A stretch of DNA of 64,000 nt from an uncultured Solirubrobacterales bacterium (lineage in GTDB: Bacteria > Actinomycetota > Thermoleophilia > Solirubrobacterales > 70-9): the NCBI GenBank assembly GCA_963732225.1, contig CAVSYR010000004.1, forward strand, positions 82,710 through 146,709. Reading direction: 5' to 3'. Shown here in pieces: positions 8,664 through 19,100 of this stretch. The translations under genes were made by a program, and so were the position numbers. Below the pieces are notes generated by a model. It worked only from the letters and a program-made list of their open reading frames with translations. It was not told where the DNA came from and did not search any database. Position 1 is the first letter of the stretch. The number at the start of each line of letters is the position of its first letter.

Positions 8664-10001
8664 TCATTGTGTTTGGGCCGTGAAGGAGATGGTCCCAAGT
8701 GATTCACCGGCACGAAACACGTCGGCTTTGCCTTGAGGTTTGGCAAAAGCTTCGTTGAAGGTTTCGGCCGTCTGTGGCGAGAGGGTAAGAGCGGCTCCGC
8801 CGACGCTTACTGTGCGCGCCTTCGGGTCCGAATTGATCGTCGCAGGGGCCAAGTCGATCCCAGCGATCGATATCTGGCCTAGTTTCCCCGGGAAGGTGGG
8901 AGTGGGCTCAACGTCGACTTCGACGAGAGTCGTTGTGGCGGCAGGTTCGAGCCATGGTTCATGCCAAAACACCTGTCCAGCGCCCAGTTGCAGGTATTCG
9001 ATGCCACCGCCCAACCGGATTTGGCCGCTGCGACCGTCGGGGGCGATTACGCCCGAGCCGACGAAGGGAAATGTGAAGAGAGGGCCCGGCTGCCGTTCGC
9101 CTGGAGATATTGGATTGAGAGAAACGAAGAGACTGTCGAGCTTGACGATGAAGGCGGGGTCGGGCGTCAGGGTGGCGCGACCGACGGGCAGGATCGCGAC
9201 GGTGGCGGGCTGGGCGGTGGAGCGCAGGGCGCCGAGCCGCTGGCCGGCTTCGAAGACGCCGTGCAGGCGCAGCTTCTTGGCGAGGCGGGTGGCGAGCTTC
9301 GCCGAGAGGCGTAGGTCGCTGGCGGTGAAGCTCGAGCCGAAGCCGGCCCGGGAAAAGCTGCGCTTCTTGGCGGCGGCCAGTTTGAGCTGACCGCCGCCGA
9401 CCTTGGCGATCAGCGGTTCCGGCTTTGTTTTGACGACGATCTCGCGCAGCGGGACGCGGTGGGCGCCGCGCTCGAAGACGAGGGCGCCTTCCTGGTCGAT
9501 CTCGCCCTTTTGCTCGGCGGGGTCGAGGGCGCCGCCGGAGACCGGCATCGTGTAGACGTGGCCGCTGCGCTTGGCGGGCGCCGTGGCCGTGAGCTCGACG
9601 CCGTGGGCGGCGAGCAGCCGGACGAAGCCCTTGTCGAGGGTCAGCTTCGTGATGCCACCACCTAGAGGGTCGTAGGTGGCGTTCGCTGAGGGGGCGAACG
9701 TGAGGAGCGCTGTGGCGAGAACGCCACCTAGGAGGGCGGCGAATCGGCCGTGGCGGCGATTCGACCGGACGATGATTGGGGACGGCGGACCTTGGGCGTG
9801 GTTGGCAGGGCCCTCTGGCAATCCCGGGGATGAGTCAGATTGCGACCCGGGATTGCCGGAGGGCTGGTTTTGAATAAATGCCGCATGTCCTCCGCTCCCG
9901 CTCGCTGACGCTCGCTCCCGCGTCCGGGCATGCGGCTGCCCGTCAACCCTGTGAGGTTCACGCTGTGCAACCCGGGTCAGGTTTGCGGCTGGCGGGTTCA
10001 T
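8664..10001 (-). CDS. Secreted or membrane-anchored protein (445 aa) built from two related halves
   Basis: The ATG overlaps the upstream stop (ATGA at 9998-10001). Hydrophobic segment RFAALLGGVLATALLTFAPSANA. The ~85 aa before that segment are low-complexity, so the true start is uncertain. There is a loose, unverified resemblance to HtaA-type domains (...LTL..TAE.FN.AF....F..GE.LG). Confidence 0.7.
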   Translation of the reverse strand: MNPPAANLTRVAQREPHRVDGQPHARTRERASASGSGGHAAFIQNQPSGNPGSQSDSSPGLPEGPANHAQGPPSPIIVRSNRRHGRFAALLGGVLATALLTFAPSANATYDPLGGGITKLTLDKGFVRLLAAHGVELTATAPAKRSGHVYTMPVSGGALDPAEQKGEIDQEGALVFERGAHRVPLREIVVKTKPEPLIAKVGGGQLKLAAAKKRSFSRAGFGSSFTASDLRLSAKLATRLAKKLRLHGVFEAGQRLGALRSTAQPATVAILPVGRATLTPDPAFIVKLDSLFVSLNPISPGERQPGPLFTFPFVGSGVIAPDGRSGQIRLGGGIEYLQLGAGQVFWHEPWLEPAATTTLVEVDVEPTPTFPGKLGQISIAGIDLAPATINSDPKARTVSVGGAALTLSPQTAETFNEAFAKPQGKADVFRAGESLGTISFTAQTQ

Positions 10002-10852
10002 TCCTTGACCCCGCAGCTCTTGTCGACCTGGGCGCCGATGTTGCGGTTGGCGAAGGAGAAGGTCGCGTAGGCGAGGCGGACGGAAGTGCGGGAGGCGCCG
10101 GCGACGGCGGGACAGCCGGCGTTGAAGTAGCTCAGTTCGCGACCCTTGAAGCGGTATTTGCGCTTCAGGGTGAGCTTGATCCGATCAACGTAGCCCCAGC
10201 TGCCGAGCGCCTCGGGCAGCGAGGCGGAGAGCTCGGTGCCGTAGTAGCCGCTGTCGATGTGGCGGATCGAGAACGGGATCACGAAGCTGGTTGCGAAGGG
10301 GTGGGCGGTGAAGATATGGGCAAGGACGATCGGCTTGCCGTGGCGGCGGCCATTGAAGACGAGCAGGCGGCCCTGGGTCGGATAGGCGCCCTGGTCGGGC
10401 AAGACGATGTGGGCCCAGAACTGGCCCGAGCCGATCAGCGCGTCGCCGCAGTCATCGAGGGCGCGGGCGGTGGTCGCGGGCTGGATTTGGGCGATCCGGC
10501 AGGACGGCAGGCCCCGCGACTGCAGCAGCGCATGGCGGTTGACCCTGACCCGGAGCCCCTCGAGCTGGTCGGGAACGTCGCCGGATACCGGGGCGACATG
10601 GCCGGAGACGAGGATCGCGATCGGCGCTGTGCCGGTGCGGGGCAGCTTGTAGGGCTGAACCTGGGAGAGAAGGGTGATGCGGACGCTCCCCTGCTGCACC
10701 ACCGCCGCTGAGGCAAAGCTGATCGCTGCAATCGAGACGATCAGCGCGCCGAGGGCGATCCACGATCGCCTCAGCCGGAGGACGCCGGCGGATTTCCCCC
10801 ACCACGGGCGCCGGAGAGGCAATAGAGCCGCTGACGCTGCGGGCAATCTCAA
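9998..10852 (-). CDS. Signal-anchored hypothetical protein (284 aa)
   Basis: Intact ORF with ordinary amino-acid composition. N-terminal hydrophobic segment WIALGALIVSIAAISFASAAVV. Translationally coupled to the downstream gene. Confidence 0.65.
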   Translation of the reverse strand: MRLPAASAALLPLRRPWWGKSAGVLRLRRSWIALGALIVSIAAISFASAAVVQQGSVRITLLSQVQPYKLPRTGTAPIAILVSGHVAPVSGDVPDQLEGLRVRVNRHALLQSRGLPSCRIAQIQPATTARALDDCGDALIGSGQFWAHIVLPDQGAYPTQGRLLVFNGRRHGKPIVLAHIFTAHPFATSFVIPFSIRHIDSGYYGTELSASLPEALGSWGYVDRIKLTLKRKYRFKGRELSYFNAGCPAVAGASRTSVRLAYATFSFANRNIGAQVDKSCGVKE

Positions 10853-11378
10853 TGCGGGTCCCTACCTTCGTCGGATCGTTGTCGGAGTTTTGCCCAAACA
10901 AGGTGACCTCAGAGGAGCACCGGGCCGAACCCCCCGGACCATCCGCAGGACTCGTTTGCGAATGAGAACGGAAGCCTACCGCTAAGGGCAAGCTAGGCGT
11001 GGGGCCGGAGGGCAAAGGGCGGGTCTCTTTGGCTTGGTCGTCAGATGGCCAGGCAATGCAAATTAGTGTTAATTGGATCGCGAACGTACCGGCCGGGTTG
11101 GGATCTCTGACTCGGTGGACAGGCCTCTGTAGAGAGGATGGCTCACCAGTTGTCGACGAGTCTCGACGCCTGGGCGTCCACCGTGGCCACGACCTCTCGA
11201 TCACTCGTGGCTGCAGCAGCGTGTGGTGGCTAATCTTGACCTCGGGCGCCTCCAGCTGATCAGCCACACGCCGGCGAGGGAGGTCGGGAAAGGCCGGATC
11301 GCGGATCTGAGCCGGCCCGCAGGAGATCGGAGGACGAAACCAGGTGGCAACACTCCCACCCGCCCTCAAGAGCCCGCC

Positions 11379-11411
11379 GCCCCCCACCGCGACCTATTCG
11401 CGGTGGGGGGC
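11379..11411 (-). terminator. Perfect 13-bp GC-rich stem-loop 32 nt downstream of gene 11443-12477
   Basis: GCCCCCCACCGCG (11379-11391), a 7-nt loop, then CGCGGTGGGGGGC (11399-11411). No U-tract, as is common for high-G+C terminators. Confidence 0.6.
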
Positions 11412-11442
11412 GACGGAGCTGGAATGGAACCGGTGCTTGGGG

Positions 11443-12477
11443 CTAGATTTTTTCCCCGTTGATGAACATCCCCACCTGTTTCAAGGAGCCGTCGAACGCG
11501 CGCAGGGACAGATTCGCGACGTATTCGCCGTCGGTGTAGGTTTTCGTACCGACTTCTTTCGTGCAGACCAGTTTATTGTTGCTGGTCATCGTGTATTCGA
11601 TGCCGGCCAGCCCGATCTGGGCCTGCGCCGCGCGCAGAGCGCCTACGCCGGTAGTCTGCAGCGCAACGCTCTGCAGTGCCTGCTGGGCACCGATTTTGAT
11701 GACGCAAAGCGATGAGGAGACAGTGAGTTCGATGGCTTCGCCCGTTTTGTTGCAGGCAATGTCGAGCTTGCCGGTGTAGGCAGGGTCGGTGTTGTTTGCA
11801 TTCAGCACATAGTGACATCCGTTCATCTGCACACTGGTGGCAAGCGTCCCCCCGGCCTTGCAGGTACCGGCATATCCAGCTGCCAGTGAAAGCGATGCCG
11901 TCGGCGCCGCCAATACCCCAGCGAAGGTCGCTTTGGTGCATTCGACATTGCGGCTGAGGGCCGGAATTTTGAAGTATTCCTGAGCGCCGCCGATCGTCTG
12001 TTCGGTGTTCGCCAGCACCGAGGATGGGTATGTTTCCGCTCCGAACTGGGGGACGTGTGCCGACGAGGTGGTGAAGGTTCTGTCTCCACCGTAGAAGACG
12101 CCCGTCGCCGTGATGAACGCGCCAATCCGGAAATGGTAGGTCGTGCTTGGTTTGAGATTGTCGACGTCTATGCTGACCGGGACGGGGGCTTTCGCTCCGG
12201 GGGGGATCGTGTAGCTTTCGGTTTCCGATCCGTAGGCTTCCGTCGTCCCATACTGGAACACATAGAAGGTTTCGTGGCCTCCGGTGTCGATCACTCCGTT
12301 GAGCGTTGCTCTCTTAGCGGTAGTCGCGCCGACGTTGGTCGCCGGTTCGGTGGTCGCCGGCGATTCGACGGCCTGGCTGAGAGTTGGAGTAAGCGCGAGC
12401 AGAAGCGCTACAGCCAAGACCAGCATTGTGGCCGCCAGATAGGCTGGAAGCTTGCTCCTCGTTTGAGTTCTCGACAT
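11443..12477 (-). CDS. Secreted protein with one Fn3-like module shared with the giant proteins
   Basis: ATG at 12477 is preceded by GGAAGGGG. Signal peptide LPAYLAATMLVLAVALLLALTPTLSQA. Module ATLNGVIDTGGHETFYVFQYGTTEAYGSE...LKPSTTYHFRIGA. The track ORF starts earlier, at 12546. Confidence 0.75.
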   Translation of the reverse strand: MSRTQTRSKLPAYLAATMLVLAVALLLALTPTLSQAVESPATTEPATNVGATTAKRATLNGVIDTGGHETFYVFQYGTTEAYGSETESYTIPPGAKAPVPVSIDVDNLKPSTTYHFRIGAFITATGVFYGGDRTFTTSSAHVPQFGAETYPSSVLANTEQTIGGAQEYFKIPALSRNVECTKATFAGVLAAPTASLSLAAGYAGTCKAGGTLATSVQMNGCHYVLNANNTDPAYTGKLDIACNKTGEAIELTVSSSLCVIKIGAQQALQSVALQTTGVGALRAAQAQIGLAGIEYTMTSNNKLVCTKEVGTKTYTDGEYVANLSLRAFDGSLKQVGMFINGEKI

Positions 12478-13262
12478 CAATTTCCCCTTCCTCGACGGTA
12501 TGCCCGCCCAAGGGTAAAACTGCATGGACTGCACTAGGCTGACCAACTCTTAGGTCCGGCGCGGTGGCAATCTGTCTACTACTCTGGGCAGGACGTGCCA
12601 ATATGCGCAAAGTGGCCTACGAATAGATGCGAAGTCGGGAAAATCGGGCGATTTGTGTTCCAAGTCACCCGTCGAAGTAGTGCGGACTGACACCGAAGGA
12701 AGGTACGCGGCCGGGAGGTGATTGCAGTTGTTGTCAGATAGGTCAGTCGCGTCTGCACAGCGCCAGGTGGGACGGGTGGCCTGCGGTGCGTGAATCGTCC
12801 GGGTTGGACCGGAGCAGCGGCGCCCTCTGCTTGTCGAGATCCCCCGTATGGATACCTGCAGTAGGTGAGGTGAAGTGTGGAGAGAGTTGCGGAGCTGATG
12901 GTGGGAATCGGCCACGCCGGCCGAGCGAACCGGAGGTCTTGCGATTCCCACTCGCTCTGGCCGCGTTTGAACGCCGATGCGGCGTGCCCGCCGCATTCTT
13001 CCGCATCAGGTCGAGTACGTTGAGACGCTAAGTCGCCTCGGAGTCGAAGGGGCTGCGGCGGTGTGGTTCGCTGGCGCCGGACAGGGTGCTGGGTGAGGTG
13101 CGCCGGGCGCCGCCGTGACGATGCGGTCCTCCGAAGAGGCTGAAACTCGTATGGGGCGAGTGGGTCAGTCGCCGAGCGCGCATGGAGCGGCGCGATCAGC
13201 GCGGTGGGCAGAGTTGGGGCGCTGGGATAGGAGGCGAGCCCCGCTGTCGCGTGCTCTGTGTT

Positions 13263-16104
13263 TCAGGGTCGTGCCGTACGGTCCTGGCGGCGCTTGTGCT
13301 TGCAGCCCGTCGGCTTCAGTGGCGCCCGATAGTTCGAGACCTTGCCGTTGTGGCCTTTGAGCTTGACCGTGGCGAGGTGCTTGCCCTTGCAGATGTTGGT
13401 GCGAGTTTTCGAGCAGGCCCTTCGCGGCTCCGTCGAAGACGAAATCGGCGGAGGTGACCGGGGCGTCGGGGACGACTTCGAAGGTGTTGCGGATGCCGCC
13501 GCCCTTGACCGAGTCGACGCGGCCGACGAGGGCGACGTTGATCTCTTGGTGGTGGAGGGCGGCGACCAGGTCGGGGAGCTTGTGTTCGGAGGAGCGCAGG
13601 TAGATCGGGCCTTCGAGCGGCCCTTCGAGGATCGGCGTGGTGGCCGAGACGTGGCCGTAGACCGAGGCGGCCGGGCACTTTTCGCCGGGGACCGCGCCTT
13701 CGCGGAACTGCACCCGGGTGCAGACGGTGCCGATGTGGGCGTTGTCGAGGAACTCGGAGCGAGGGCAGGGCGACCTGGGCGAAGGCGACGCCGGCTTCGC
13801 CGAAGCCATTCATCGCCAGATGGGCGCTGAGGCTCGGGTTGCCGCCGCGCTTGGTCGAGCCCTTGAGGCGTCAAGGTGAGCTTGGGCTTGAAGGGCAGGG
13901 CGGCGCAGTCGGCGGCCTGGAAGCGGGTCGAGACGACGAGCGGGTTGTCGTCGGCGCCGAGACGAAGTCAAGGCCCGAGCCGAGCACCGTGGAGGCGGTC
14001 GAGGTCGGTTCGCAGCTGGTCGGGTTGAAGGTGAATTCGGGGCGGTCGGTGTAGGCGCGGATGTCGCGCAGGTGGATCGGGATGCCCTTGATGATGTGGG
14101 GGATCGGGTCCGAGCCGGTCGAGTCGAGGAAGACTTCGCCGGTTTCGGGGTTGACGTCGATCGCCAAGCGGACGACGACGGTGCCGATGTCGAAGGGGCC
14201 GACCACGCCGGCGGTGATCGCGACGAGGCGAGACCGGGTGACCGTGGTAGGGGCCGGCGAGGTAGATCTTGCCGGGGGCGTAGGCGAGCGATGGCCCGAC
14301 GCCGGCGCCGACGAGGGTGCGGCCGACCTGGGAGGCCGCCGGGCAGCTGGGGCTGTCGAGCTCTTCCTGGCCGCCGTGCGGTCCGGTCCTCGCCGTTGGC
14401 CGGCGGCGATCGCCGCATCGGAGCAGAAGGGGATGCCGGCGAGCTTGCCGAGCAGGCCCGGGGGCAGCTTGATCGAGAAGTGGGTGATCTCCTGTTCGGA
14501 GTCGGTGCGGGTGAGGCGGACGTTGAAGGGGCGAGAAGCGCCCGGCGGCGTTTGTTGAGGGTGCCGGCGTCGAGGTGCGGGTGGAAGGGCGGCAGGCCGC
14601 CGCTCGGGCAGGGGCCGGCGTCGGGGCCGGAGATGATCTGGAAGGCGGAGGTGGTGGTGATCGGCGGGCCGCCCGACCACGGGGTGAGCTCGGCGCTGGC
14701 GGTGTAGGTGCCGCAGCCGGGCGGGCTGCCAGCGGTGATCGGGCGCCCTCGCGGAAGTGGAGGCGGAAGTGGCAGAAGGGGAGCTGCGGCAGGTCGTCGG
14801 CGATGGTGGTGAGCTGGCCGGTCACCGGGTCGGGTTCGACCTTGAGCGCCTGCTTGATGACGATGCCCAGGGTCGGGTTCTTGATCACGACGTAGAGGGC
14901 GAGGAGGCTGTCCGAGTTGGTTTTCGTAGGGCTTGGCGATGAAGAGCGAGCCGTCGACGTTTTCTTCGAGCAGCGGGGTTTCGACTTCGACGGTGCCGAT
15001 CTTGGAGGCGTCGGGGCAGCCGGCGCCGGGGGCCGAGAAGGCGCTCTCGCGGGCGAGGTCGGCTTCGCTGCAGACCTCGAGGCCTTCGGCCAGGGAGGGG
15101 TTGGTGGAGAAGCCCTCGGGCAGGGTGACGACGGCCTTCTTGATGTCGGAGTCGGCGATCCCGGTGGGGTTGGTGAGGCCCTCGTCGTCGACGTCGAGGG
15201 AGAAGTCGAGGCCGGTGGGGCTGTTGGCGGCCTTGGTGGTGGGTTGGGCGGAGATCGTCGGCCCGAAGCCGAGTTTGGCGCAACCGCTGAAGCCGAGCGG
15301 GGTGACGGCGACCCCGGACGCTTCGGCGCCGGTGTTCCAGGCGCGGGCGGCAAATTCGCTGGTCAGGGCGCCGGTGCAGCTGCGGGGCGCGGTGAGGAAC
15401 GGCTGTTTGAGCTGCTGCACGGGGCAGGTTGAGCCGTGCAGTTCCGCGCAGAGGCCGCGCTCGGCGTCGTGGGCGGGGTCGGAGGGATTGCCCCAAATCG
15501 TGATTCGGGAGCCGAAGAACTGGGTGATCTGAGAGGTGGCGTCGACGCTGGCGAGGAGCCGATATGGCGGATCGGGGCTGACGCGTACGTCGATGATGAC
15601 CGGGACGGCGACGACGAAGAAGCCGAGTCGGGCGGCGACCCCGGGAGGCGGGGGGAGGTTGTAGACGGCGGAGGTGTTGGCGTATCCCAGCGTGGGAGGC
15701 TCGGGTACGAAGTTGAGGTCGACGGCGGCGATGCCAACCGCGGTGGGGTCGGGGCAAGACCTTTCTCTTTCCTGGGATACCGTGGCGATGAAGGTAGCGG
15801 TAGGGCAGCGCGGAACCGCCGTCGGATCGCCGACCAAGCCCGGTGGCGAGGTTGCGGTGAGGTCCCTGAGTTCGCCTTCGGGAAGGAAATTGCCCGGTTT
15901 GGCTTCGAAGGTATTGAAGTTCACCGTGGTGGCGAAGCCGAAGGGATGGGAGCCGGCTTGCATGAGGGGATTGCCGTCGGGGCCCGGGAAGCTGACTTCG
16001 AGGCTCTTGAAGCCGAAGCTGGCCTGCGCCGCGCCCGAAAAACAGGTGGCGCCGGCCAGCGCGAGGAGAATTATCATGGTCAAAGCTGAGATGAATCGCC
16101 TCAT
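13263..16104 (-). pseudogene. Third-family secreted protein, cassette copy 2. Intact for its first ~1.2 kb, then broken by about ten frame changes.
   Basis: ATG at 16104 overlaps the giant-gene stop (ATGA 16101-16104). It begins MRRFISALTMIILLALAGATCFSGAAQASFGFKSLEVSF... and stays in one frame to about 14925 (...LFIAKPYENQ). After that, recognisable segments alternate among all three frames: SLLALYVVIKNPTLGIVIKQALKVEPDPVTGQL; ITAGSPPGCGTYTASAELTPWSGGPPITTTSAFQI; FNVRLTRTDSEQEITHFSIKLPPGLLGKLAGIPFC; EELDSPSCPAASQVGRTLVGAGVGPSLAYAPGKIYLAGPY; LVAITAGVVGPFDIGTVVVRLAIDVNPETGEVFLDS...; ...NICKGKHLATVKLKGHNGKVSNYRAPLKPTGCKHKRRQDRTARP*. Confidence 0.75.
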
Positions 16105-19100
16105 CGGGCGGCCCTCCGCTTGTCGTTTGCTCGCCGATGGCGATTGTGGGCGGCTCGCCGGTGCCGCTTGGCGACGCAGCGGCTCTTGCGGCGGACCTTG
16201 CCTTTGGGGCAGCTGGTCCTGGGGCCTTCGAGGACGTTGCCGGCCCCTTCGAAGCTGGCCGAGGCCGGGGTGGGGTCGTTGGGTGGGGCGGGGACGCCCT
16301 GGCAGGCTTCGCCTTCGCAGGCCGCGGGCGGGCTGGGTTCGGGTGGGAAGCCGCCGTCGATGCGGGCGTCGTAGATGTCGATCAGGCCGTCGTCTTGGGG
16401 CAGGAGGCTCGACTGGGTCTTGAAGAAGACGTCTGAGCCGTCGGTGGAGGCGTCGACGAAGGTGGAGTCGGCGGGGCTGCGGCCGGAGGAGATCAGGCTG
16501 AGGCAGCCGGCGGCGGCAGGGCTGTAGAGGTCCGCGCCCTTTTCGTGGCACTGCGCGGCGCCCGCGGCGCGCTGCCACTCGTAAACGTCGAGGGCGCCGT
16601 TGGTGTCGCGGAGGATCAGCGGGTCGGCGCTTTCGAAGAAGAGGCGGCGACCGTCGGTCGAGAGGACACTGGTGGGGTGGGTGCCGTTGAGCCAGCCGGG
16701 GATGGTGGCGGCGGTCCAATCAGTGACACTGCACGCTTTAGATGAGCAGAAGTTCTGCCCCATCGGGCGGGCGCCGTTGGGGTTACATGAAAGGCAGCGC
16801 AGCTTCGCTTCGCCGGCGTCATAGAGGTAGAGCTCGGTGTCGGGTTGGCCGCTGGCGGCGTCGTGGTTATCGTATTCGGTGAGCTGGGCGCGGGAGGCGA
16901 AGGCGAGGTCGGCGCCGCCGGGGCTGACGCGAGCGGAGAGGTGGCTCGGCGACTGATAGTTGATCAGGTCGTCGGGGGCCGTGGTGGCGATGAAGGCAAG
17001 GCCGCCACCCGGGCCGGCCTGGTGGAGGTAGAGGTTGGGCCGGCCGGCGACCGGAGAGCGGTGTTCGGCATTTTCGCCGGTGAGAGCTTCCGTGGAGAGG
17101 AAGTAGACGCGGGTGGTGTCCTCGGAGGCGCCGAGCAGGTTGAGCGCCTTGGGGGCGATCAGGGTGCTGGCGCCGGCTTCGCCGGCGAGGGCTCTGGCGA
17201 GGTCGAATTCGTAGAGGGCTTCCGTTCCGGCGCCTTCGGAGGCGGTGTAGATCGCGGTCGAGCCGTCGGGGGCGGCGGTGCGGAAGTGGGCGGCTGCCGA
17301 TACCGCGAGGGTGCAGGCGCGGGCCGCTTCGGTGCATTTGCCGGCGAGGACTTTGCTCTGCCCCTGGCCGGCGTTGACGCGAACGTAGAGGATGCCGGAG
17401 CCGGAGCCGTTGGCCCCTTCGGTCGGCCCTTCGGTCCAGTAGACGCGGGAGCCATCGGTGGAGAGGGCGTGGTAGACGGTATCTGCGCGTTGAGAGGCGG
17501 ATTGCGTGCCCTGGGTGACACCCTCCCAGCATTTACTGACGCTCGGGGTGCCGTCGGGGAGGATGCAGAGGAGGCGGAGTTTGCCGCCGTTGGAGAGGTA
17601 GAGCTGTCTGGTGCAGCCTTCCTGCCCCTGTTCCACTTTGGTGCAGGGCACCGCGTCGGGGGTGAGGGCGCCGTTGGCGTAGAAGACGGCGTGGGTGCCA
17701 TCGGGGGTGAGGTCCTGGGGGATCGGGAAGAACCATTCGGGATCGACTTTTTTGGGGACGGCGGTGGTGATCGCTTCATAGCTGCCCGCATCGGGGCCGC
17801 AGTTGTCGCGCCGGTAGATGTTGGGGTAGCCGGGAAGCGCTTTGGGGGCGAGCAGCGGTTCGGTCTCGGTCAGGACCAGGGCCGAGCAGAGGTCGCTGGA
17901 GAAGCGCCTGTACTGATCTTCGACCGCATAGTGGACGTTGTAGAAGGTGGGGCCTTCGCGGGGGGTGGAGATCGATTCGCTCTGCCAGCCCGCCGCGGCG
18001 CGGTGGGCGAGGTACTGGGCGGTGAAGGGAGCCGATTCGGGATCGGCGAAGGCGCGGTAGGAGGAGTAGGTGAGGCTCTGCCCGTCGGCAGCCGCCTGCT
18101 CGAGGCCGGTGCTGTCGGACAGGACGGAGATGATGTCGCCGCCGCCCTTCTGGACCGGGGAGACCATCTCGTAGGCACGGCAGTCGGGCAGGGCGGCGGA
18201 GGCGGCGGTGCGGAGGGCCTGGTTGGGGCAGGCGGTGAAGGCTTCGGCGGGGGGCGAGTAGGTGGAGATCGTGTGCTCGGAGCTGAATTTCGTGACGAAA
18301 GGGTCGGAGGCGAGGAGGCGGTAGTGGTAGGTGGTGCCCGGGGATAGGGAGCTGAGCTGGGCGGCGGCGGCGCTGGGGGCTTCGCCGGAGCCGAAGTCGA
18401 TCGGTTCCGCAGGGGCGGGAATGTCGCCGGCGTGGTCGAAGCCATGGCCGGGGCCGGAGGCCTGCAGGTCTGCCTGGTAGGTCGCGTCGTCGACGTATTG
18501 GAAGTAGCCGGTGGCGGGGATCGTCAGCGGGTTCACTTCGGCGTGGAGAGTGGCGCTGTCGGTGTTGACCGCGGTGGCGAAGGTTGCGTCGATTTCAAGC
18601 GGCGCCTTGGTCGTGAAGGGAGCTCCCTCGGGGCCGGTGGAGATATGGCCTTCGGAGTCTTCGGCGATGGCGCGGTAGTGGTAGGCGGTTTCGGGTGCGA
18701 GGCATTCGTTGCCCGGTTCTTTCAGTTCGGTGGCGGGGAGGGGGCAGCCGATCAGGTTGCTGAGAGCGTGGGTTTCGAAGTCCGAGCCCGCCGCGGCGCC
18801 GGTGGTTTCGCGGGTCGCGGGGCTGGAGAAGCCCTCGCCGTTGTGTTCGAAGTCGGCCGCGTCGACGTACTGAAAGCGGTAGACGGTGGCCTTGCCCTCT
18901 GGGTTGACCTGGGTGTTGACGGTGGCCTTGGTGTTGCCGAGCGCGGTGGCCTTGGTGATGCCGGGATAGCCGAGGACAAGGGGGCCTGGCGGGGGGATCG
19001 GGATATGGAGGATGGAGCCGAGCTTGCTTCCGTCGGTGCTCTCGTAGCTTTCAAGCGCAAAGACGTCGCCGCCGGGATCGGAGTAGGGGGCGAGGGAGCG

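Noticed and set aside
7863-10001. A diversity-generating retroelement, with variable and template repeats at the 3' end of a surface-protein gene.
   Set aside because: The copies differ at roughly half of the residues rather than at adenine-specific sites. No reverse transcriptase ORF is present anywhere in the window.
9747-10001. The 85-aa low-complexity N-terminal extension of protein 8664-10001.
   Set aside because: This is not rejected outright, because the ATGA coupling supports it. There is no in-frame ATG, GTG or TTG closer to the signal-like segment, so the start is left as in the track with reduced confidence.
16105-16719. The N-terminal ~200 aa of track ORF 13810-16719 as part of the third-family protein.
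   Set aside because: The stretch is Pro/Arg-rich and overlaps the 3' end of the giant gene in another frame. The real start is the ATG at 16104, followed by a signal peptide.
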